Assembly: GCA_029258835.1 (NCBI GenBank) | Contig: JAPDJY010000014.1 | Location: forward strand, 1 to 23,138 | Length of the DNA stretch: 23,138 nt | Direction of reading: 5' to 3' | Origin: Thermoproteota archaeon | Lineage (GTDB): Archaea; Asgardarchaeota; Jordiarchaeia; Jordiarchaeales; Freyrarchaeaceae | Shown: positions 17,279 through 23,138 of the stretch, one piece after another | Layout: each line of letters opens with the position of its first letter | Position numbering within the stretch: position 1 is the stretch's first letter | Position numbers and translations under genes: made by a program | Notes under the pieces: model-generated | Database searches by the model: none | What the model was told of the DNA's origin: nothing | What the model saw: the letters and a program-made list of their open reading frames with translations, nothing else

Positions 17279-20062
17279 ATGGGATGGGAAAACATGAGGG
17301 GTAGGCTGATGCTGGCGGTCGTTACGGTGCTGCTTCTAGTAGCGCCACTCGCGCTCGTAAGCGTTAACTCCTCCCTCACTTCACCCTTCGCCGCCTCGAC
17401 CTGGACGGAGAGATCGCCGGCCACCGCTCAGGACGATGGTAACGGAGGGGGAGAAAACTATGTTTCCTTTGCAAGCCTGCACGTTTACCCGTCAGCCATA
17501 GAGAATAAGACAACGGTTGTGTACTCGGAGAACTTCGAGGGCTTCCCGCTGGGAGAAGTCTCAAACATCACCAAGGATTGTGGTTGGGCTTCACTAAGGC
17601 TCTCGATCCACTCGATGAAGGAAGGGTTAAACGCGTCCGCCCCAAGCTACCTGTCGACGTTCCTAGCTAACCCGATCAGGGGGCCAATACCAGGACACCC
17701 AGACCATATAAAAGGGCCGCCGGACGTCTACTACTACTCATTCTTCTACCAGTTCTCGCAGATGCTGGTTAACATGATTTCCCCCCACTTTAACACTAGT
17801 TCTGGGATTATCATAGTAGGCCACCCCTCCGACTCAAACTGGTGTAACGAGACTGCAAGGGGGATCTTTGAAAACGTTTCAGCGGGGGCGAGGGATGCAG
17901 GCATACTCCTTGAGATAGTTGACAGCGATGTCCTCACGTTCACGGACGCGAAGGGAGGAACCCAGGTCCTGAGCTACGTGATCTTCACAGCCTTCAACGA
18001 CTCGGAGACGATAATAGACGTTATGTCACAGCAGTGGGAAGAGGGACCACCAGATAAAGTGCTTCAAGCCAAGGAGAAGTACCTCATGATAAGCAGCGAG
18101 TGGCATGGAAAGTGGGAGTCGTCAGGCGAGATGGGAGCGGTGATCGAGGGGGGTGTGAAGCGGTACGGAGACCTCTACACGGTTAGCTTAAGGGACATCA
18201 TTGGAGCGCCGTCGGATGCTCAAAACTTAGAGTTCGAGTATGAAACATACGTGGTCTTCCACCTCCCCATGAACGTTAAGGAAATAAGCTACACACCCCC
18301 GGAAAGGCAGTCGTGGCTCTACCCCTACCTCCTGGTGATAAACGCCACGGAGCCAGCCTCAGACTACGCTGTAACGTACACGGTCTCAGCCGGGAACCCG
18401 CTCATAGTCGTAGATTATGACATGACGAACTGGAATATGACTGCTGGCGAGACGGAGAACATAACGTTAACCGTGAGAAACGTTGGGGATGCCACAGCCT
18501 ACAACGTGTGCCTGTACCTTGAAAGCCAGAACGACACGGCTGTGTACTTCACGGACGGGCCACCGGACGAAAAATACCACTTCAACACCACGATAGGTAA
18601 CATGAACGCTGGCAGCAGCGTCACAGTAGAGGTGAACGTTACGGCGAACAACACCGGGATGAGCCACATACTAGTGGTCTCCGCCTACGCGTCATCAGAC
18701 AAAGACAACGCAACACCATACCTTTCAGCGGTGTACTTCCCATGCTGGGTTGAGGCAGGAGACGTGCCGCTCCTAGTGATCACAGCAAACTTCTCAGACT
18801 GGATCCTAGACGCTGGCCAAGAGTTCACGGTCAGGTACACGGTGAGGAACGTCGGCGACTACGACGCGTCCAACGTGACCGTCTCACCAACCCCATTCGG
18901 CCCAGTCACCTCGTGCAACGTAACCCTAGGATCATACGATGAGCCATTAAAGCTAATGCTGGGCGACATAGCGGCGCATGGAAGCGTCACGGCTGAAGTC
19001 AACATGACGCTTGAGACGATAGTCGCCGAGCGGGGGACGCCGGTCACCCCAGCCGTAATCCTCTTCACAGGCGACGGTAAGATAACGGACCCCAACCCTC
19101 AGGGAGAGGGGCTTGGGCCAATATCCCGGATCCTGCAGAGCGCTTACTGTCCACCCATGCCCAGACCCAGCACGTCCCTGTTCCTAGAAGTTGAAAGGTG
19201 GCCTAAAGCGTTCACGGTACCTGCAGGAGGGGAAGTGCTTATAGGGGTTAAGGTTAGGAATAGGGGCACTACCACGGTTAACGTGTCGGTTCTAGACATG
19301 TTCCCAGGTGAGGCGTTCACCCTTGTCGAGGGGGACTACGAAGCAAACCTAACGCTGGCCAGCGGCTCGTCGACAGCTATAGTTTACGTAGTCAAGGCGA
19401 AGAGGGACGTGTCGATAAGGCTGCCTGTGGCAACGGTCTCGGTAAGCTACTACAGGTACCCGTACACGTCCGTCATCCTCATAGGTGCACCTGTTGAGCC
19501 TCCCTCAGGCATGAGCGTCGAGCTCCCCGCAGGAAACAACACGGTAGACGCAAGCACCGAGGCAGGGGTCTCGATAAACATTCAAACATCTAAACCCGTC
19601 AAGGTGACCATAGAAGGACTGGAGGAGAACCCTGGAGGACCTCCTCCAGAGGGATTCCAGATAATCGGGAGAGTGATATCCATAGAGGTTGACGACCCCA
19701 GCGCCGTCGAGCTAGTGGTAGTGTTCATAAAGTATAATCAGACGTACCTTGACGAGCACGGCATAGACGAGCACTCGCTCAAGGTGAGCTTCTGGAACGA
19801 GACAAGCCAGCAATGGGAGTTCCTGGACACCGCGATAGACGCTGAGAACGACGTGGCAATAGGCTACTCAGGCCACCTCACCTACTTCGCCATAATAGGA
19901 TCGGTCAGGCAGCCATCCTACCTCCCCCTCGTACTACTAGCATATCTCTACACGTCCCAGAGCCAGACGGGCATCCTAATGATTGGAGGAGCCATAGCCC
20001 TAGTGGTGGCAGCAGGCGGAGCGACTGTGTGGATAAGGAGAAGGCGCAGCCAGCAAGTATAA
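17279..20062 (+). CDS. Large cell-surface glycoprotein with CARDB/Ig-like repeats and C-terminal membrane anchor
   Basis: Signal peptide; three T/K-VRN-x-G beta-sandwich repeats; many NxS/T sequons; a FWNETSQQW..HLTYFAI domain; TM segment plus RRRR. The start may be ATG 17294. Confidence 0.8.
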   Translation: MGWENMRGRLMLAVVTVLLLVAPLALVSVNSSLTSPFAASTWTERSPATAQDDGNGGGENYVSFASLHVYPSAIENKTTVVYSENFEGFPLGEVSNITKDCGWASLRLSIHSMKEGLNASAPSYLSTFLANPIRGPIPGHPDHIKGPPDVYYYSFFYQFSQMLVNMISPHFNTSSGIIIVGHPSDSNWCNETARGIFENVSAGARDAGILLEIVDSDVLTFTDAKGGTQVLSYVIFTAFNDSETIIDVMSQQWEEGPPDKVLQAKEKYLMISSEWHGKWESSGEMGAVIEGGVKRYGDLYTVSLRDIIGAPSDAQNLEFEYETYVVFHLPMNVKEISYTPPERQSWLYPYLLVINATEPASDYAVTYTVSAGNPLIVVDYDMTNWNMTAGETENITLTVRNVGDATAYNVCLYLESQNDTAVYFTDGPPDEKYHFNTTIGNMNAGSSVTVEVNVTANNTGMSHILVVSAYASSDKDNATPYLSAVYFPCWVEAGDVPLLVITANFSDWILDAGQEFTVRYTVRNVGDYDASNVTVSPTPFGPVTSCNVTLGSYDEPLKLMLGDIAAHGSVTAEVNMTLETIVAERGTPVTPAVILFTGDGKITDPNPQGEGLGPISRILQSAYCPPMPRPSTSLFLEVERWPKAFTVPAGGEVLIGVKVRNRGTTTVNVSVLDMFPGEAFTLVEGDYEANLTLASGSSTAIVYVVKAKRDVSIRLPVATVSVSYYRYPYTSVILIGAPVEPPSGMSVELPAGNNTVDASTEAGVSINIQTSKPVKVTIEGLEENPGGPPPEGFQIIGRVISIEVDDPSAVELVVVFIKYNQTYLDEHGIDEHSLKVSFWNETSQQWEFLDTAIDAENDVAIGYSGHLTYFAIIGSVRQPSYLPLVLLAYLYTSQSQTGILMIGGAIALVVAAGGATVWIRRRRSQQV

Positions 20063-20147
20063 CCCATCCACTCCTCTCTTTTTCCCCTCCATCCACGCGT
20101 CCTGTAGCCATGTTAAGATCCCGGTGAGTGTGAAGGAGAGTTGACGT

Positions 20148-20963
20148 ATGAAGGATAGGAGGAAGGTTGCAGCTGCCATCCTCATAGTCCTAGCAGCTTC
20201 CCTGGGGCTGATTTTTGCCGTCCAGGCGAAGATAGCCAATGAGAGAGTTGAATGGCTCATGCAGCTCCTAGCCCTGTCCACTTCCGGGCGGGAGGAAGGC
20301 GGCGAGTACTGGCTTAGCATGTCAGACGAGGAGCTTAACTCAATCCTCACGGTGAAGTACGTTGACGAGGCTGACTGGACGGAGGAGGAAACACCCGAGG
20401 AGCTTAAGGAGCCAAGGGTGAACCTTCCCTCAACGAACATCACATCCATCAGCCTGGGGGTTAAGGGAGAGTACCTCTACATCAAGGTTGAATTCGAAGG
20501 GGTGATACCGGGGCAGCCTCCAAAAACGGAGGAGGGAGGCTACGTTCTAACGTGGACGTTCACCATACTGATGGACGTCGACAACGACACCAGCACGGGG
20601 TGGCATGGCATAGACGTGCTGGTTGGAGCCGTTAAAAGGTACAACAGCGATGAGGGGTTCGGCCACGGAATGGTCTACAACGTGCCGAGCATACCCGACG
20701 AGGAGGAAGCAATGCAGCAAGCTGACGAGCTGCTCCTCCGCTACAAGGGCGGGCTAGGATACAACTACGTCGTCCTCGAAGTCCCCATGGAGAAGGCCGG
20801 CCTACAGCCAGGCCAGACGGTGATAGTGGACATCCACGCCGAAGCCGAAAGCGAAGAGTTCCACCACTACACGTTCGACGCCTTAACAGCACACAACGCA
20901 ACCTACAGCGGCCCTGACCACCCAGCAGGCTACGTCCAGCAAATAGTAATACCAACAGGATAA
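20148..20963 (+). CDS. Acidic exported or membrane-anchored hypothetical protein
   Basis: N-terminal basic and hydrophobic segment, YLYIKVEF, a DVDNDTSTG loop and VVLEVP. Confidence 0.7.
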   Translation: MKDRRKVAAAILIVLAASLGLIFAVQAKIANERVEWLMQLLALSTSGREEGGEYWLSMSDEELNSILTVKYVDEADWTEEETPEELKEPRVNLPSTNITSISLGVKGEYLYIKVEFEGVIPGQPPKTEEGGYVLTWTFTILMDVDNDTSTGWHGIDVLVGAVKRYNSDEGFGHGMVYNVPSIPDEEEAMQQADELLLRYKGGLGYNYVVLEVPMEKAGLQPGQTVIVDIHAEAESEEFHHYTFDALTAHNATYSGPDHPAGYVQQIVIPTG

Positions 20964-21148
20964 CATTAGGATGGCAGGCATTCACCCTCCACCCTTTTTT
21001 ACTCTTTTTACTGGTTCCCCCTCGTCCGGCTCTGTGTTGCAAATAGAAACAAAAATATACTGCCTCGTAAAAATTATCAGTGAACTTTTTATGTGGGGTG
21101 GCCGTGTTGACGGAGGCGTCGGCTAAGCCTGCTAGGAGGAACGCTGGC

Positions 21149-21496
21149 ATGGCAGGCCGACGCCCGCTACTTCTCAAGCCCTCGAGGGCCCTTATCGCGG
21201 GGGTTCTGCTCGAGGGGCCACTCCACGTGCGGGGGATAGCAAGGCTGACCGGGTTAAACCCCTCAACGATTTCGAGAATCCTGAGGAAGATGGAGGGTGA
21301 GGGGCTGGTGGTCAGCCGGGTGGAGGGTAAGCGTCGGGTTTACGAGATGAGTGATGAAGGGAGACGCGAGCTCGCATTTGCCGTTTACGAGCTCGACCTG
21401 GCATTTTCCATTCAGGGAACGGTTAGGAGCGTTCTCGGCGTTCCCAAGAACACTTTGCCCGCCGGCTGCCTGCAGGTGGTTGAAGCCGGGTGGTAG
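21149..21496 (+). CDS. ArsR-like winged helix-turn-helix regulator
   Basis: GPLHVRGIARLTGLNPSTISRILRKMEGEGLV..GKRRVYEM. ATG 21149 follows AGGAGG; the start is uncertain. Confidence 0.75.
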   Translation: MAGRRPLLLKPSRALIAGVLLEGPLHVRGIARLTGLNPSTISRILRKMEGEGLVVSRVEGKRRVYEMSDEGRRELAFAVYELDLAFSIQGTVRSVLGVPKNTLPAGCLQVVEAGW

Positions 21497-21498
21497 CC

Positions 21499-22338
21499 TT
21501 GTGCGACCTTTTAGCGATATGTTTCAGTAAGCCTGTGACCGCTTCCTTCTCCCTCACGGGGTTCAGGGCGAGAAGTGAACATAACTGGGATGGGTGGGGT
21601 GTTGCATGGTACCCTGACAGGGCGGTTCAGGTCATCAAGGAGCCAGTTAGCGCCGGTGAAAGCAGGCTTTTTTCAGCCTTACTAGGGGATGTGGAGGTGA
21701 GGTCTGAGATCTTCATCGCGCACGTCCGCCGCGCCTCAAACCCTAGGCTGGCGCCCCCATCCTACAGGAACACTCACCCGTTCTGGAGGGAGCTGAACGG
21801 CAAGGCGTACGTTTTCGCGCATAACGGGTCTCTTAAGCCGGGTGTTGGAAGCCTCGACTTCAAGGCGAGGTTTCCGCTTGGAAGGTTCAGGCCGGTCGGC
21901 GGAACAGGGTCGGAGTACGTCTTCTGCCACATGCTGGCGTGCATCGAGGAGAACGTTGAGGAGTGGGGGGCTGACGAGTTCAGGTGGCTCTCCGAGAAGC
22001 TGGCTGAGGTAAACGAGTACTTCACGTTCAACTGCGCCATGAGCGACGGGGAACACCTCTTCATCTACCACGACTCCGGGGGGCACAACGGGATGGCTTT
22101 CACCTTTAGACGGGCTCCTTTCCCGACAATACGGTTGAGGGACATGGACGAAGAAGTGGTCTTGCAGGAGGTTAAGGAAGACGGGCTTCAAGGATTCGTG
22201 GTAACAACGCTGTCGAAGCAGTACGTAGGGAGGCCGGTTTACCTCACAAATGAGAAGTGGACGCCGGTTAAGCCGGGAGAGCTAATGGTCATTAAAAAGG
22301 GAAGACTGATCTACTCAAACAGGGGGAGAACGGTTTAA
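21499..22338 (+). CDS. Class II glutamine amidotransferase (YafJ/EgtC-like Ntn hydrolase)
   Basis: TTG 21499 gives M-C-D-L-L with the N-terminal nucleophile Cys. Motifs DGWG, AHVRRAS, NTHPF, FAHNG. Confidence 0.88.
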   Translation: MCDLLAICFSKPVTASFSLTGFRARSEHNWDGWGVAWYPDRAVQVIKEPVSAGESRLFSALLGDVEVRSEIFIAHVRRASNPRLAPPSYRNTHPFWRELNGKAYVFAHNGSLKPGVGSLDFKARFPLGRFRPVGGTGSEYVFCHMLACIEENVEEWGADEFRWLSEKLAEVNEYFTFNCAMSDGEHLFIYHDSGGHNGMAFTFRRAPFPTIRLRDMDEEVVLQEVKEDGLQGFVVTTLSKQYVGRPVYLTNEKWTPVKPGELMVIKKGRLIYSNRGRTV

Positions 22339-22598
22339 GTTCAACGCTGAACCGTGAAAACACCCTCCGAAAGGCGTAAACGCCGAAAACACTAAGAATG
22401 CTAAAGAAGACGTCAATGACGCCTCCCATAGTAGAACCTCACCTCTAATGCGCCGTGAATTACCTTCCAAGAGCTTCTGGAAAGCTGGATCCATCTTCAG
22501 CCAGCCTTTCCACGTCTCCACCGGTGTTAAATCGTGAAGGCGGAGGGCTCACGGAGCAAGCGACAGGGAAGCCACGCACTCCCTTTCCGTTTCACCTT

Positions 22599-23048
22599 TC
22601 ACGGAATCTTTTTAGGGAAACGTGGAATCAGAAATAGCGTTTCTCCCCCTGTACTCCTTGTGTTCTTTCCCGAGCCCAGCCTCGAGCTCCCTCTCTTCAA
22701 CGAGCTTCACGTACACTGCACCACACAGCAGAAACAATGCAGTTAGCGTTGCAGCGTACGGAGAATTAATCCAGAATTAATCAGAAGCTAATTCCCAAGC
22801 AGTAGATTACTGTTCCCTGAAGATGGGGTTTCTGCAGAGCGCGTATGACCGGCTACCACTAACCTCTGTGTTGGCACTACCGGAACCTGTGCTCCTCCGC
22901 CAACACTTAATCTGGGCGAGAGCGCCCACGCTGCGAGTGAGAGGTCGAGCACGGTGAGAGCCGGCGAAACAGTACGCCACCCATCACGGGGGCGGCTGTG
23001 ATGGCGCAGAGCAGCACGAACGTTGAAGCACACTTTAACGGAGACCAC
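22599..23048 (-). pseudogene. Frameshifted isoprenylcysteine carboxyl methyltransferase/PEMT-family gene
   Basis: Fragments VPTQRLVVAG, YALCRNPI, VKLVEERELEAGLGKEHKEY and FLIPRF, separated by frameshifts. The 5' boundary is approximate. Confidence 0.65.
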
Positions 23049-23138
23049 CCTTCCCGGTAAATGCTCTCGGTAGTGTAGGGGCGGATGGGTGTTTAAAGGT
23101 TTTTGAAGGGGTCACTCGCCTTTTAGGGCTCTGTTTAT

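Noticed and set aside
1-23138. CRISPR array, tRNA or rRNA
   Set aside because: No regularly spaced repeats or cloverleaf-like sequence were seen by eye. A covariance search was not possible.

Overview
This looks like archaeal DNA: BRE/TATA promoters, GGTGG/GGAGG ribosome-binding sites and a GC-rich backbone. The exact lineage cannot be fixed from sequence alone. From left to right: (1) A minus-strand metabolic cluster encodes an ATC-hydrolase/V4R-like protein, an SdhA/FrdA-like flavoprotein with an altered active site, a stand-alone 2Fe-2S protein, a TPP enzyme, a DegT aminotransferase, an FGGY kinase and a second ATC-hydrolase-like gene. (2) An AT-rich island of about 3.3 kb (8896-12199) is bounded by IS6-like inverted repeats. 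It has an integron-like layout: a decayed short tyrosine recombinase, a divergent attI-like core, one three-gene DNA-repair cassette (AlkA, membrane protein, endonuclease III) closed by an attC-like hairpin, and a transposase 3' remnant. (3) The remainder holds a vapBC pair, a split UxaA-family dehydratase, a Zn-dependent phospholipase C-like gene, two cell-surface proteins, an ArsR-type regulator with a class II glutamine amidotransferase, and an ICMT-like pseudogene. The strongest candidate for a new system is the IS6-ended, integron-like element.
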